Positions 39,776 to 53,196 of a DNA stretch of 64,000 nucleotides are shown here, piece after piece (position 1 is the first letter of the stretch; each line of letters starts with the position of its first letter). The stretch comes from an uncultured Actinomycetes bacterium. GTDB taxonomy: Bacteria; Actinomycetota; Thermoleophilia; Gaiellales; JAICJC01. Where the stretch lies: positions 54,059-118,058 of the forward strand of contig CAVQZC010000006.1 in assembly GCA_963718315.1 (NCBI GenBank), given 5' to 3'. The notes under the pieces were generated by a model that was not told the origin of the DNA, did not search any database, and was given only the letters and a program-made list of their open reading frames with translations. A program made the position numbers and the translations under genes.

Positions 39776-41884
39776 ATGGCTGAGACGATGACCCAGCAAG
39801 GCACGCGTGTGCCCCGCATGGATGAGCTCGACCGGGTGCGGAACATCGGCATCATGGCGCACATCGACGCGGGCAAGACCACCACCACCGAGCGGATCCT
39901 CTACTACACCGGCCGCACCCACAAGATGGGCGAGGTCCACGAGGGCGCCGCCACGATGGACTGGATGGTGCAGGAGCAGGAGCGCGGCATCACGATCACG
40001 AGCGCCGCCACTACCTGCTTCTGGCGCGATCACCGCATCAACATTATCGACACGCCCGGGCACGTTGACTTCACCGTCGAGGTGGAGCGCTCGCTGCGCG
40101 TGCTCGACGGCGCGGTTGCCCTGTTCGACTCCGTCGCCGGCGTGCAGCCGCAGTCCGAGACGGTCTGGCGGCAGGCCGACAAGTACCGCGTCCCGCGGAT
40201 CGCGTTCATCAACAAGATGGACCGCACGGGTGCGGACTTCTTCGCCGCCGTCGAGACGATGGTCGACCGCCTGGGCGCTCGCCCGGTGCCGATTCAGATT
40301 CCGATCGGCGCCGAGGACGCCCTCGAGGGCCACGTCGACCTGGTCGAGATGAAGGCCATCCGCTACGTCGACCCGCTGGGCGCCAGCTGGGAGGAGTCGG
40401 AGGTGCCCGAGGAGCTGCGCGCGCAGGCCGAGGAGTACCGCCACAACCTGGTCGAGGCTGTCGCCGACCACGACGACGACATCATGGCCGCCTTCATCGA
40501 GGACCAGCCGGTCGAGACCGAGCAGCTCAAGGCCGCCATCCGCGCCGCCACGCTCGACATCTCGATCACGCCGGTCGTGCTCGGCTCGGCGTTCAAGAAC
40601 AAGGGCGTCCAGCCGCTGCTGGACGCGGTGCTCGACTACCTCCCGTCGCCGGTCGACGTGCCGCCGCTGATCGGCATCGATCCGCGCAACGGCGAGGAGG
40701 TCGAGCGGAGGGCGTCGCTGGACGACCCGTTCTCGGCGCTGGCGTTCAAGGTCATGAGCGATCCGTTCGTCGGCAAGCTGACCTATTTCCGGGTCTATTC
40801 CGGCAAGCTGCGCTCGGGCTCCTACGTCTACAACAGCACCACCGGCCGCAAGGAGCGCGTCGGCCGCGTGATGGAGATGCACGCCAACCACCGCGAGGAC
40901 GTCGAGGAGATCGCCGCCGGCGCCATCGCCGCCGCGGTCGGCCTCAAGGCGACCACCACCGGCGACACGCTGTGCGCCGAGGACGCCCCTGTCGTGCTCG
41001 AGGCGATCGAATTTCCCGACCCCGTCATCGACGTCGCGGTGGAGCCGAAGACCAAGGCCGACCAGGACAAGCTCGCGGCCGCGCTGCAGCGCCTGGCCGA
41101 GGAGGATCCGACGTTCCGCGTGCGCACCAACGAGGAGACCGGCCAGACCATCATCGCCGGCATGGGCGAGCTCCACCTGGAGATCATCGTCGACCGCCTG
41201 ATGCGCGAGTTCAAGGTCGATGCCAACATCGGCAAGCCGCAGGTGGCCTACCGCGAAACCATTCGCCAGGCGGTGCAGGGCGTGCGCGGCCGGTTCGTCC
41301 GCCAGTCCGGCGGCCGCGGCCAGTTCGGCGACGTCCTGATCAACATGGAGCCCAACGAGCAGGGCGCCGGCTACGAGTTCGTGAACAAGATCGTCGGCGG
41401 CTCGATCCCGCGGGAGTACATCTCGTCGGTCGATGCCGGCATCACGGAGGCGATGGAGGCGGGCGTCCTGTCCGGCTTCCCGGTCGTCGACATCAAGGTC
41501 ACGCTCGTCGACGGCAGCTACCACGACGTCGACTCCTCGGAGATGGCGTTCAAGGTCGCCGGCTCGATGGCCTTCAAGGAGGCCGAGCGGCGCGCCAAGC
41601 CGGTGCTGCTCGAGCCCGTGATGGCCGTCGAGGTCGTCACGCCCGAGGAGTACATGGGCGACGTGATCGGCAACATCAACTCACGGCGCGGCCAGATCGA
41701 GGGCATGGAGCCGCGCGGCAACGCGCAGGTCATCCGGGCCCGGGTGCCGCTGGCCGAGATGTTCGGCTACGCCACCGACGTTCGCACCATGAGCCAGGGT
41801 CGCGCCACCTACACCATGCAGTTCCTGCACTACGCAGACGTTCCCAACTCAATCGCAGAAAAGCTCACCGAGAGCCAGAGCTAG
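39776..41884 (+). CDS. fusA: Elongation factor G
   Basis: AHIDAGKTT and DTPGHVDF motifs. Confidence 0.99.
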   Translation: MAETMTQQGTRVPRMDELDRVRNIGIMAHIDAGKTTTTERILYYTGRTHKMGEVHEGAATMDWMVQEQERGITITSAATTCFWRDHRINIIDTPGHVDFTVEVERSLRVLDGAVALFDSVAGVQPQSETVWRQADKYRVPRIAFINKMDRTGADFFAAVETMVDRLGARPVPIQIPIGAEDALEGHVDLVEMKAIRYVDPLGASWEESEVPEELRAQAEEYRHNLVEAVADHDDDIMAAFIEDQPVETEQLKAAIRAATLDISITPVVLGSAFKNKGVQPLLDAVLDYLPSPVDVPPLIGIDPRNGEEVERRASLDDPFSALAFKVMSDPFVGKLTYFRVYSGKLRSGSYVYNSTTGRKERVGRVMEMHANHREDVEEIAAGAIAAAVGLKATTTGDTLCAEDAPVVLEAIEFPDPVIDVAVEPKTKADQDKLAAALQRLAEEDPTFRVRTNEETGQTIIAGMGELHLEIIVDRLMREFKVDANIGKPQVAYRETIRQAVQGVRGRFVRQSGGRGQFGDVLINMEPNEQGAGYEFVNKIVGGSIPREYISSVDAGITEAMEAGVLSGFPVVDIKVTLVDGSYHDVDSSEMAFKVAGSMAFKEAERRAKPVLLEPVMAVEVVTPEEYMGDVIGNINSRRGQIEGMEPRGNAQVIRARVPLAEMFGYATDVRTMSQGRATYTMQFLHYADVPNSIAEKLTESQS

Positions 41885-41907
41885 GCCACAAAAGGAGATA
41901 GGAGAAC

Positions 41908-43098
<1,191 letters not shown>

Positions 43099-43112
43099 GC
43101 GATCGGAGCACG

Positions 43113-43421
43113 GTGGCTCAGCAGAAGATCCGAATCCGGCTGAAGGGATACGACCACACGCAGGTCGACCTGTCGGCGCGTTCGATCGTGGAGACGGCAC
43201 AGCGGACCGGGGCAACGGTCTCCGGTCCGGTGCCGCTTCCCACGGAGAAGAACGTCTATTGCGTTATCCGCGGCCCCTTCAAGGACAAGGACTCGCGTGA
43301 GCACTTCGAGATCCGCACGCACAAGCGGCTGATCGACATCCATCAACCCACGCCCAAGACGGTCGACTCGCTGATGCGGCTCGACCTGCCGGCCGGCGTC
43401 GACATCGAGATCAAACTGTGA
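43113..43421 (+). CDS. rpsJ: 30S ribosomal protein S10
   Basis: QKIRIRLK and GPVPLPT motifs. Confidence 0.98.
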   Translation: MAQQKIRIRLKGYDHTQVDLSARSIVETAQRTGATVSGPVPLPTEKNVYCVIRGPFKDKDSREHFEIRTHKRLIDIHQPTPKTVDSLMRLDLPAGVDIEIKL

Positions 43422-44038
43422 GCAAGGGCATCATCGGCAGGAAGCTGGGCATGACCCAGCTCTTCGACCAGGAGTCGGGCATCGTCACCGCGGTGACGGT
43501 GATCGAGGCCGGACCCTGCCCGGTGGTGGCCGTGCGCACGCAGGACGCGGACGGCTACACCGCCGTCCAGCTGGCCTTCGGCAAGGTCAAGGAGCGGAAG
43601 CTCTCAAAGCCGGAGGTCGGGCATCTGAAGCACGCCGGCGCCGAGCCGCACCGCCATCTGGTCGAGATCCGCGACGCCGAGGGCTTCGCGGTCGGTGACA
43701 TGGTCACGGTGGAGCAGTTCGAGGCCGGCGAGAAGGTCAAGGTCAGCGGCCGCTCCAAGGGCAAGGGCTTCGCCGGCACGATCAAGCGCCACAACTTCCA
43801 CCGCGGCCCGGTCAGCCACGGCTCGCACAACGTCCGCGCACCGGGATCGATCGGCGCGTCGGCGACGCCGGCCCGCGTCCGCAAGGGCATCAAGATGGCC
43901 GGTCACATGGGCGACGAGCGCGTCACCCAGCGCGGCCTCAAGGTGGCCGAGGTCGACACCGAGCGCAACCTGCTGCTGATCGCGGGCGCCGTGCCCGGGT
44001 CGATCGGCGGCCTGGTCGAGATCAGGACGGATAGCTGA
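43418..44038 (+). CDS. rplC: 50S ribosomal protein L3
   Basis: GRKLGMTQ and SKGKGFAG motifs. Confidence 0.98.
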   Translation: MSKGIIGRKLGMTQLFDQESGIVTAVTVIEAGPCPVVAVRTQDADGYTAVQLAFGKVKERKLSKPEVGHLKHAGAEPHRHLVEIRDAEGFAVGDMVTVEQFEAGEKVKVSGRSKGKGFAGTIKRHNFHRGPVSHGSHNVRAPGSIGASATPARVRKGIKMAGHMGDERVTQRGLKVAEVDTERNLLLIAGAVPGSIGGLVEIRTDS

Positions 44039-44658
44039 TGGCTGCGCTGACTGCACCAACCCTCGGCGCTACCGCCAAGGCCAAGCTGTCGGACGAGGTG
44101 TTCGGCCTGGATCGGAACGATCCGCTCGTCCACCAGGTCGTGACGGCCGAGCTGGCCGCGCGCCGGCAGGGCACCGCCGAGACCAAGACCCGCGGCCTGG
44201 TGGCCGGCGGCCGCGCCAAGCCGTGGCGCCAGAAGGGCACCGGCCGCGCCCGTCAGGGCACGACCCGTGCGCCCCAGTGGACCGGCGGCGGCGTGGTCTT
44301 TGGCCCGCACCTGCGCAGCTACACCGGCAAGGTCAACCGCAAGGCCCACGTCAAGGCCCTACGGATCGCCCTCTCCGCGCACGCGGCGGCGGGCACGGTG
44401 GCCGCACTGGACGGCAAGAAGCTGACCGAGCCGAGCACCAAGGCAGCCGCCGAGATGGTCAGCGGCTGGCGCCAGGAGCGCCCGCTGGTGGTCGTCGTCA
44501 CGTCGGATGAGACGGCTGTGGAGCGCTCCTTCCGCAACCTCGACCGGACGCACGTCGTCAACGTCTCCCAGCTCGAGGTCGCAGACCTCGTGTGGGCGCG
44601 GTCGCTGCTGGTTTCGAAGGCCGCGCTGGCGGTGCTCGAGGGAGGTGAGGCGTCGTGA
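44038..44658 (+). CDS. rplD: 50S ribosomal protein L4
   Basis: KPWRQKGTGRARQG motif. Confidence 0.98.
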   Translation: MAALTAPTLGATAKAKLSDEVFGLDRNDPLVHQVVTAELAARRQGTAETKTRGLVAGGRAKPWRQKGTGRARQGTTRAPQWTGGGVVFGPHLRSYTGKVNRKAHVKALRIALSAHAAAGTVAALDGKKLTEPSTKAAAEMVSGWRQERPLVVVVTSDETAVERSFRNLDRTHVVNVSQLEVADLVWARSLLVSKAALAVLEGGEAS

Positions 44659-44951
44659 ACGGCGATCCCCGCTCCATCCTCATCTCGCCGGTCGTGTCCG
44701 AGAAGAGCTACGGCCTGATCGCCGAGCGCGGCAAGTACACGTTCAAGGTGCACCCCAAGGCGCACAAGACGCAGATCCGCCAGGCGGTCGAAGAGGTCTT
44801 CAAGGTGACGGTGATCGGTGTGAACATCTCCAAGATGCCGGCCAAGCCGAAGCGGCGCGGCATGATCCAGGGCACCCGCCCGGGCTGGAAGAAGGCCGTC
44901 GTCACGGTCGCTCCCGGCCAGACAATCGAAGCCTTCGGACCGGGAGTCTGA
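44655..44951 (+). CDS. rplW: 50S ribosomal protein L23
   Basis: PVVSEKS and WKKAVV motifs. Confidence 0.97.
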   Translation: MNGDPRSILISPVVSEKSYGLIAERGKYTFKVHPKAHKTQIRQAVEEVFKVTVIGVNISKMPAKPKRRGMIQGTRPGWKKAVVTVAPGQTIEAFGPGV

Positions 44952-45110
44952 GTGCCCAACCCCGCAACATCTGTTGGCGTCTGGCGGCTGCAAAGCGTCG
45001 CCATGCGTCGTCCGTGGATCGGGCCGTGCAGAGCACTGTCCCGATCCAGCGTCCTAGCCTGGCTCGCTTTTCGCTCGCCAGCCATCCAACGACGTCACGG
45101 GGTTGACCAC
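44952..45110 (+). repeat. Fold-back intergenic element D (rod-like) inside the S10 operon
   Basis: Nested pairs gtg/cac, caaccccg/cggggttg, gttgg/ccaac, ctggcg/cgccag, aaagcg/cgcttt, tggatcggg/cccgatcca and gtgc/gcac. Confidence 0.85.
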
Positions 45111-45112
45111 TG

Positions 45113-45949
<837 letters not shown>

Positions 45950-45953
<4 letters not shown>

Positions 45954-46234
45954 GCCGGTCCAGCAAGAAGGGGCCCTTCGTGGACCCCAAGCTGATGAAG
46001 CGAGTCGAGGAGATGAACGAGACGCGCCAGAAGCGCATGCTCAAGACCTGGTCGCGCACCTCCACGATCTTCCCCGAGTTCGTCGGGCACACCATCGCGG
46101 TGCACGACGGGCGCAAGCATGTCCCGGTGTTCGTGTCGGAGTCGATGGTCGGCCACAAGCTGGGCGAGTTCGCTCCCACGCGCACGTACCGCGGGCATGG
46201 AAACGATCGCACGAGCAAGCTGAAGGGACGCTGA
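45950..46234 (+). CDS. rpsS: 30S ribosomal protein S19
   Basis: [12 protein letters not shown] and [11 protein letters not shown] motifs. Confidence 0.98.
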
Positions 46235-46235
46235 G

Positions 46236-46989
46236 GTGGCGGTAGCCGTCAAGGATCGGGAGACCGTTCGGGCACAGGCCCGGTACGTGCGCTCCTCGGC
46301 GCGCAAGGCGCGGCTGGTGCTCGAGCACATCCGTGGCAAGTCCGCCTCGGAGGCGACCAGCATCCTGGCGTTCCAGACGCGTGCTGTTGCCAAGGACGTC
46401 GGCCTGGTGCTGAAGTCCGCGATCGCCAACGCCGAGACCAACAGCGGGTACGACCCCGACGAGCTGGTCGTGGTGGCGGCGTACGCAGACGAGGGCCCGA
46501 CGCTGAAGCGCTGGCGCGCCCGCGCCCGTGGCCGCGTGAACCGGATCCGCAAGCGCTCGTGCCACATCACGATTCTTGTCGGCCCGGCGCTGCCGGGCGA
46601 GATCAAGCCCAGGAAGGTGCGCCCGGTTGCCGAGGCGGCACCTGCCGCGCCGACGCGCCGCAAGCGCGGCTCGAAGGCCGCCGAGGTGCCCGGCACCGAG
46701 CCGATCGCCGAGGAGGCCGTCGTCGAGGATGCAGCGGCGGAGGAGACGACGCCTGAGGCCGCCGAACGAGGCCACCGAGCCTGAGGCCGCGCCCGAGACC
46801 GAGGCAGAGGCGGACGCCGAGCCTGAGCCGGAAGCCGAGCCGGAGCCGGAGCCGGAGGCCGCGGCGGATCCCGAGCCGGAGCCCGAGCCCGAAGCAGCGC
46901 CTGAGCCCGAAGCCGAAGCTGAGCCCGCGCCGGAGGCAGAAGCCGACGACGCCAAGCCGAGCACCGATGACGAGGAGGCCGATTCCTAA
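46236..46989 (+). CDS. rplV: 50S ribosomal protein L22 with long acidic Glu/Pro/Ala tail (indel near 46768)
   Basis: [10 protein letters not shown] and [13 protein letters not shown] motifs; the tail continues in a shifted frame to TAA overlapping the rpsC ATG. Confidence 0.93.
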
Positions 46990-48052
46990 TGGGCCACAAA
47001 GTCCATCCAGGCGGCCTCCGTGTGGGGATCATCCACACCTGGAAGTCGAACTGGTTCACCACCACCAAGGAGTTCGCGGGCTACCTGTCCGAGGACACCA
47101 AGATTCGCGACCACATCTACGGCAAGCTGTCGCACGCCGGCCTGTCCGACATCCACATCCGCAAGGACAACCAGCGGGTGACGGTTGACATCTACACGGC
47201 CCGCCCGGGCATCGTGATCGGCAAGTCTGGCTCCGAGGTGGATGCGCTCCGCAAGGAGCTGCACGACATGACCGGCAAGAGCGTGCAGGTCAACATCACC
47301 GAGATCAAGCGGCCGGAGCTCGACGCCAAGCTGGTGGCGCAGTCGATCGCCGAGCAGCTTCAGAACCGCGTCTCGTTCCGGCGAGCCATGAAGCGCTCGC
47401 TCAGCTCGTCGATGCGATCGGGCGCCCAGGGCGTCAAGATCCGCTGCGGCGGGCGCCTGGGCGGCGCCGAGATGTCCCGCTCCGAGTCCTACAGCGAGGG
47501 CCGCGTCCCGCTGCACACGCTGCGCGCGGACATCGATTACGGGTTCGCCGAGGCGAAGACGACGTTCGGCCGGATCGGCGTCAAGGTCTGGATCAACAAG
47601 GGCGAGATCATGCCCGAGGGCTTTGAGCGCGACGGCGGCGCGACCCGCCTGGGCGAGGTCGACACGCGCCGCAGGCGCGGTGGCCGTCCGGGAGATGCCG
47701 AGCAGCTCGGTCCCGCTCGCCCGCAGCGCCGCGGACGCGGAGGCGGCGGAGGCGGCGGTGGTGGTGGCGGTGGCGGCGGTGGTGGACGTCGGCCACGCGG
47801 CGGCGGTCGGTGGCGGTGGCGGCGGCGAGGGTGCCGGCGGCGGCGCGACGCCCGGTGCGGGTGGTCGTCAGCGGCGTCCGCGCCCGCAGGCGGACACGCC
47901 CAAGCCCGATGCGCCAAGCCGACGCGCCCAAGTCAGAGACACCCAATCCCGACGCACCCAAGCCCGAGGCGGCGGCTCCCGAGGCAACTGCGCCCGAGAC
48001 CGCGGCTCCCGAGGCTGCGCCGGAGGCAACCACCGAGGGTGGTGAGTCGTAG
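46989..48052 (+). CDS. rpsC: 30S ribosomal protein S3 with Gly-rich and acidic tail (indel(s) 47800-47940)
   Basis: [15 protein letters not shown] and [11 protein letters not shown] motifs; the tail ends TTEGGES-TAG overlapping rplP. Confidence 0.93.
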
Positions 48053-48480
48053 TGCTGCTGCCGAAGCGAACGAAGTACCGCAAGGTGCATCGGGGCAGGC
48101 GCGCCGGCATGTCGAAGGGCGGCAACCGCGTCCAGTTCGGCGAGTACGGGCTGAAGTCGCTCGACGCTGGTTGGGTCACCAACCGCCAGATCGAGGCTGC
48201 CCGAATCGCGATGACCCGCAAGATCAAGCGCGGCGGCAAGGTCTGGATCACGATCTTCCCCGACAAGTCGGTGACGGCGAAGCCCGCCGAGACCCGCATG
48301 GGCTCGGGCAAGGGCTCCCCGGAGCACTGGGTGGCCGTGGTCAAGCCTGGCCGCGTGATGTTCGAGCTGGCCGGCGTGCCGGAGCCGCTGGCGCGCGAGG
48401 CGCTGCGCCTGGCCGCGATGAAGCTGCCGGTGAAGTCCAAGTTCGTGACCCGGGAAGGTGATCTCTTTGAAGGTCAGTGA
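48052..48480 (+). CDS. rplP: 50S ribosomal protein L16
   Basis: [10 protein letters not shown] and RMGSGKG motifs. Confidence 0.98.
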   Translation: MLLPKRTKYRKVHRGRRAGMSKGGNRVQFGEYGLKSLDAGWVTNRQIEAARIAMTRKIKRGGKVWITIFPDKSVTAKPAETRMGSGKGSPEHWVAVVKPGRVMFELAGVPEPLAREALRLAAMKLPVKSKFVTREGDLFEGQ

Positions 48481-48673
48481 CCTCCGAGAGCTGACCGACG
48501 ACGAGCTCGACCGCAGGCTCGACGAGTCGCGCCAGGAGCTGTTCAACCTCCGCTTCCAGCACGCCACGGGCGCGCTGGAGAACTCGGCCGCCCTGGCCGG
48601 GGCCAAGCGCGATATCGCGCGCATCCTGACCATCTCCCATGAGCGGGCCGACGCCCGGAAGGCGCAGAGCTGA
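48467..48673 (+). CDS. rpmC: 50S ribosomal protein L29
   Basis: ELFNLRFQ and IARILT motifs. Confidence 0.96.
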   Translation: MKVSDLRELTDDELDRRLDESRQELFNLRFQHATGALENSAALAGAKRDIARILTISHERADARKAQS

Positions 48674-48954
48674 TGACGAAGACCGACACTCCCCAGGAAG
48701 CGACGCGGGGCCGGCGCAAGGAGCGCCGCGGGATCGTCGTCTCGGACGCGATGGACAAGACCGTCGTTGTCCGCGTCGACATCCTCAAGTCCCACCCGAA
48801 GTACCAGAAGAAGATGCGCCGCTCGATCCGGCTGCATGCTCACGACGAGCAGAACCAGGCCAAGATCGGTGACACCGTCCGCCTCGTCGAGACGCGCCCG
48901 CTGTCGGCGACCAAGCGCTGGCGGCTGGCCGAGATCGTCGAGGTGGCCAAGTGA
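48673..48954 (+). CDS. rpsQ: 30S ribosomal protein S17
   Basis: MDKTVVV and [11 protein letters not shown] motifs. Confidence 0.98.
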   Translation: MTKTDTPQEATRGRRKERRGIVVSDAMDKTVVVRVDILKSHPKYQKKMRRSIRLHAHDEQNQAKIGDTVRLVETRPLSATKRWRLAEIVEVAK

Positions 48955-49319
48955 TCCAGGTCGAGACCCGGCTCAGGGTGGCCGACAACACCGGCGCCCG
49001 CGAGCTGCTGTGCATCCGCATCATGGGTGGCAGCCGACGTCGCTATGCGGGAGTCGGGGATATCATCGTGGGCACCGTCAAGCAGGCCACGCCCAACGGC
49101 AGCGTCAAGAAGGGCGAGGTCGTGAAGGCCGTGGTGGTGCGTACCAAGAAGCAGCACTCGCGCGAGGACGGTACGTACATTGCGTTCGACGAGAACGCCG
49201 CAGTGATCATCGACAACCAGCGCAACCCGCGCGGTACGCGCATCTTCGGGCCGGTCGCCCGCGAGCTGCGTGAGCGCAACTTCATGAAGATCGTTTCTCT
49301 TGCCCCAGAGGTCCTCTAG
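48951..49319 (+). CDS. rplN: 50S ribosomal protein L14
   Basis: VADNTGA and SLAPEVL motifs. Confidence 0.98.
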   Translation: MIQVETRLRVADNTGARELLCIRIMGGSRRRYAGVGDIIVGTVKQATPNGSVKKGEVVKAVVVRTKKQHSREDGTYIAFDENAAVIIDNQRNPRGTRIFGPVARELRERNFMKIVSLAPEVL

Positions 49320-49323
49320 CACC

Positions 49324-49691
49324 ATGGCGAACACAAAGCTCAAGACGAATCCAAAGCTCAAGATCAAGAAGGGCGACTCCGTCGAGGTGATCGCCGGCAA
49401 GGACACCGGCAAGCGCGGCACGGTGACTCGCGTGCTGCCCTCCGAGGGCCGCGTGATCGTCGAGCGCGTGAACATGATCAAGCGCCACACCAAGCCGCGC
49501 CCCGCCCCCCGCAAGTCCGGCTCCAGCCAGATCATCCCGGGCGGCGTGATCGAGCGCGAGGCGCCGCTCCCGGTCAGCAACGTGCAGGTCGTGTGCCCGG
49601 CGCACGGCGGCCCCTCGCGGATCGGCTTTCGGATCAACAAGGACGGGAACAAGGTGCGGTTCTGCCGCTCCTGCGACAAGGACATCGACAA

Positions 49692-49695
<4 letters not shown>
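49324..49695 (+). CDS. rplX: 50S ribosomal protein L24
   Basis: [18 protein letters not shown] (KOW) motif. Confidence 0.97.
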
Positions 49696-50252
<557 letters not shown>

Positions 50253-50264
50253 GGGTAGGCACCG

Positions 50265-50450
50265 ATGGCGAAAGAGTCACAGAGGGTCAGGCAGGCGCGG
50301 CCCGCGAAGTACGAGACGAGGGCCTACCACCGGTGCTCCCGGTGCGGTCGGGCGCGTGCGTACTACCGCAAGTTCGGCGTGTGCCGGATCTGCCTCCGTG
50401 AGCTGGCCCACCAGGGAGCGATCCCCGGGATGACAAAGAGCAGCTGGTAG
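50265..50450 (+). CDS. rpsZ: 30S ribosomal protein S14 (type Z)
   Basis: 61 aa with CSRC...CRIC. Confidence 0.96.
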   Translation: MAKESQRVRQARPAKYETRAYHRCSRCGRARAYYRKFGVCRICLRELAHQGAIPGMTKSSW

Positions 50451-50459
50451 GGACGAGAG

Positions 50460-50855
50460 ATGCTGACTGATCCAATTGCAGACATGCTGACCAGAATCCG
50501 CAACGCCAACCTGGCGCTGCACGAGGCGGTCGAGATGCCCAACTCCGGGATGCGCCGGGAGATCGCGCGCATCCTCGAGGAGGAGGGCTACATCGAGGGC
50601 TTTGCGGTGAACCGCGGCGAGTCGTTCGACACGCTGAAGGTGACGCTGAAGTACGGCCCCAACCGCGAGCGCGTGATCTCCGGCGTGAAGCGGATCTCAA
50701 AGCCCGGACGCCGCATCTATGCGAAGAAGGACCGCCCGCACAAGGTGCTGGGCGGGATGGGCGTTGCAATCCTTTCGACGTCGAGCGGCGTAGTCACCGG
50801 TCGCCAGGCCCAGGAGAAGGGCGTGGGCGGCGAGGTGCTGTGCTACGTGTGGTGA
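50460..50855 (+). CDS. rpsH: 30S ribosomal protein S8
   Basis: [14 protein letters not shown] motif. Confidence 0.98.
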   Translation: MLTDPIADMLTRIRNANLALHEAVEMPNSGMRREIARILEEEGYIEGFAVNRGESFDTLKVTLKYGPNRERVISGVKRISKPGRRIYAKKDRPHKVLGGMGVAILSTSSGVVTGRQAQEKGVGGEVLCYVW

Positions 50856-50859
50856 GCTG

Positions 50860-51393
50860 ATGAGCCGAATCGGACGAAAGCCCATCCCCATCCCCAGCGG
50901 CGTCGAGGTGCAGATCGCACCCGGCGGCGTGACGGTGAAGGGGCCCAAGGGGACGCTCTCGGAGCGGATCAACCCCGATATCACCGTTGCCCAGGAGGAC
51001 GACCGGGTGGTGGTCTCGCGGCCCACCGACCGCAACGACCATCGCGCCCTTCACGGCCTCACCCGATCGCTGGTCGCCAACATGGTGACCGGCGTAACCG
51101 ACGGGTTCGAGAAGCGGCTCGAGATCCAGGGCGTCGGCTACCGTGCTGCGCTCAAAGGCTCAGACCTCGAGCTGCAGCTCGGCTACAGCCACCCGGTGAA
51201 CGTGAAGGCTCCCGACGGGATCGCGTTCGAGGTGCCGCAGCCGACGCAGGTGATCGTCAGGGGCATCTCCAAGCAGCAGGTCGGCGAGGTGGCCGCCCAG
51301 ATCCGCAAGTGGCGGCCGCCGGAGCCGTACAAGGGCAAGGGCATCCGCTACGCCAACGAGTACGTCGTCCGGAAGGTTGGTAAGCGGGCATGA
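50860..51393 (+). CDS. rplF: 50S ribosomal protein L6
   Basis: MSRIGRKP and PEPYKGKG motifs. Confidence 0.98.
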   Translation: MSRIGRKPIPIPSGVEVQIAPGGVTVKGPKGTLSERINPDITVAQEDDRVVVSRPTDRNDHRALHGLTRSLVANMVTGVTDGFEKRLEIQGVGYRAALKGSDLELQLGYSHPVNVKAPDGIAFEVPQPTQVIVRGISKQQVGEVAAQIRKWRPPEPYKGKGIRYANEYVVRKVGKRA

Positions 51394-51743
51394 GCGTCAA
51401 GACCAAGGAACAGGGCAGGCAGCGCCGGCACCGGCGCGTCCGCGCCAAGGTATCGGGCTCGGCCGCGCGGCCGCGCCTGGCGGTGTACCGGAGCAACGCC
51501 CGGATCTATGCGCAGGTGATCGACGATCGGACGGGGCGCACGCTCGCTTCCGCCTCCAGCCTCGAGAAGGAGCTGGCGGAGGTCAAGCGGTCGGATGCTG
51601 CCGCGGCCGTCGGCAAGCTGGTCGCCGAGCGCGCGAAGGCGTCCGGCATCACCACGGTCGTGTTCGACCGTGGCGGTTACCTGTTCCATGGCCGGGTCAA
51701 GGCCCTGGCCGATGCCGCACGTGAAACAGGATTGGAGTTCTAG
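51390..51743 (+). CDS. rplR: 50S ribosomal protein L18
   Basis: [10 protein letters not shown] and VFDRGG motifs. Confidence 0.98.
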   Translation: MSVKTKEQGRQRRHRRVRAKVSGSAARPRLAVYRSNARIYAQVIDDRTGRTLASASSLEKELAEVKRSDAAAAVGKLVAERAKASGITTVVFDRGGYLFHGRVKALADAARETGLEF

Positions 51744-52303
51744 TGGCGAGACCGGAACGAGATGCACGCGACCTTCAGGAGCGCGTGGTGAAGATCAACC
51801 GGGTGGCGAAGGTCGTCAAGGGCGGCCGGCGCTTCTCGTTCACGGCGCTGGTCGTGGTCGGCGACGAGGTCGACCGCGTCGGTGTGGGCTACGGCAAGGC
51901 CAACGAGGTGCCGTCGGCGATCTCCAAGGCCGTCGAGGACGCCAAGAAGAACCTGTTCCAGATCCCCAAGTACAAGACCACGATCACGCACCAGGTGACC
52001 GGCCGCTACGGCGCCGGCCGGGTGATGCTGAAGCCGGCCTCCGAGGGCACCGGTGTGATCGCGGGTGCCGGGGTTCGCGCCGTGCTGGAGCTGGGCGGGG
52101 TGCGCGACATCCTGGCCAAGTCGCTGGGCACGGCCAACCCGATCAACCTGCTGATGGCCACGGTCGACGGCCTGCAGAGCCTGAAGCGCCCTGAGGAGGT
52201 GGCCAAGCTTCGCGGCAAGACGGTGCGCGAGGTGATCAAGCCCCACTCCGAGGTCGTCGCCGAGGCAGAGGCGGCACTGGCCGCGGCGGAGGCCGCAAGC
52301 TGA
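51743..52303 (+). CDS. rpsE: 30S ribosomal protein S5
   Basis: [16 protein letters not shown] motif. Confidence 0.98.
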   Translation: MARPERDARDLQERVVKINRVAKVVKGGRRFSFTALVVVGDEVDRVGVGYGKANEVPSAISKAVEDAKKNLFQIPKYKTTITHQVTGRYGAGRVMLKPASEGTGVIAGAGVRAVLELGGVRDILAKSLGTANPINLLMATVDGLQSLKRPEEVAKLRGKTVREVIKPHSEVVAEAEAALAAAEAAS

Positions 52304-52485
52304 TGTCGAAGGTACGCGTCACGCAGGTGCGCAGCACGATCCGCACCAACCCGCGGAACCGCGGCACCATGCGCGCGCTCGGGCTGCGCAAGATCCGCCA
52401 GTCGGTTGTGCACGAGGACTCGCCTGCGCTGCGTGGCATGCTGCGGAAGGTCGCCTCGCTGGTGACGGTGGAAGAGGAGAACTAG
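52303..52485 (+). CDS. rpmD: 50S ribosomal protein L30
   Basis: VTQVRS and ALGLRKI motifs. Confidence 0.96.
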   Translation: MSKVRVTQVRSTIRTNPRNRGTMRALGLRKIRQSVVHEDSPALRGMLRKVASLVTVEEEN

Positions 52486-53193
52486 ATGGCCGACGAGCAG
52501 CCACTCGCATTGCACACACTGAAGCCCGCCGAGGGCAGCACGCGCGACCGCAAGCGGATCGGGCGCGGCAAGGGCTCGGGCACGGGCAAGACCTCGGGCC
52601 GCGGCCAGAAGGGTCAGAAGTCGAGATCGGGCAGCCACACCATGCGCGCCGGCTTCGAGGGCGGTCAGATGCCGCTGTACATGCGGCTGGGCAAGCTGCG
52701 CGGCCCCAACCACAAGAAGTCGATGCCGATGGGGCCGTTCCGCACGCACACGACGCCGGTCAACATCGGCTCGCTGGAGAAGTTCGATGCGGGCGTCGAG
52801 GTGACCCCAGAGCTGCTCAAGACCGCGGGCGTCGTTCGCTCGCTCAAGCACCCGATCAAGGTGCTCGGCACCGGTGAGCTGACCAAGAAGCTGACCGTCC
52901 ACGCACACGGGTTCTCGGCTCGTGCCAAGGAGCTGATCGAGCAGGCCGGCGGCACCGTCGTCGTGCTCGGCGGCGCCGATGAGTCCGTACCCGCCAAGGC
53001 GCCGAAGGCGCCCAAGGCGAAGGCCGCCCCGGCTTCTGAGCCGGTTGCCGAAGAGCCGGCCGCCGAGGAGGCTGCCGCCGAGGAGCCGGTTGCAGAAGAG
53101 GCTGCCGAGGAGCCCGAGGCCAGCGAGCCGGAGGCTGCCGAGGAACCCGCTGCGGACGAGCCCGCAGCAGAGGCCGACGAAACCGAGGAGTAA
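52486..53193 (+). CDS. rplO: 50S ribosomal protein L15 with acidic tail
   Basis: GRGKGSGTGKTSGRG and FEGGQMP motifs; EEPAAEE tail. Confidence 0.97.
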   Translation: MADEQPLALHTLKPAEGSTRDRKRIGRGKGSGTGKTSGRGQKGQKSRSGSHTMRAGFEGGQMPLYMRLGKLRGPNHKKSMPMGPFRTHTTPVNIGSLEKFDAGVEVTPELLKTAGVVRSLKHPIKVLGTGELTKKLTVHAHGFSARAKELIEQAGGTVVVLGGADESVPAKAPKAPKAKAAPASEPVAEEPAAEEAAAEEPVAEEAAEEPEASEPEAAEEPAADEPAAEADETEE

Positions 53194-53196
53194 GGG

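Noticed and set aside
46785-46945. Short tandem repeats (gagccg/gagccc units) as a CRISPR array or VNTR element
   Set aside because: They encode the Glu-Pro tail of L22; there are no unique spacers and no cas genes.
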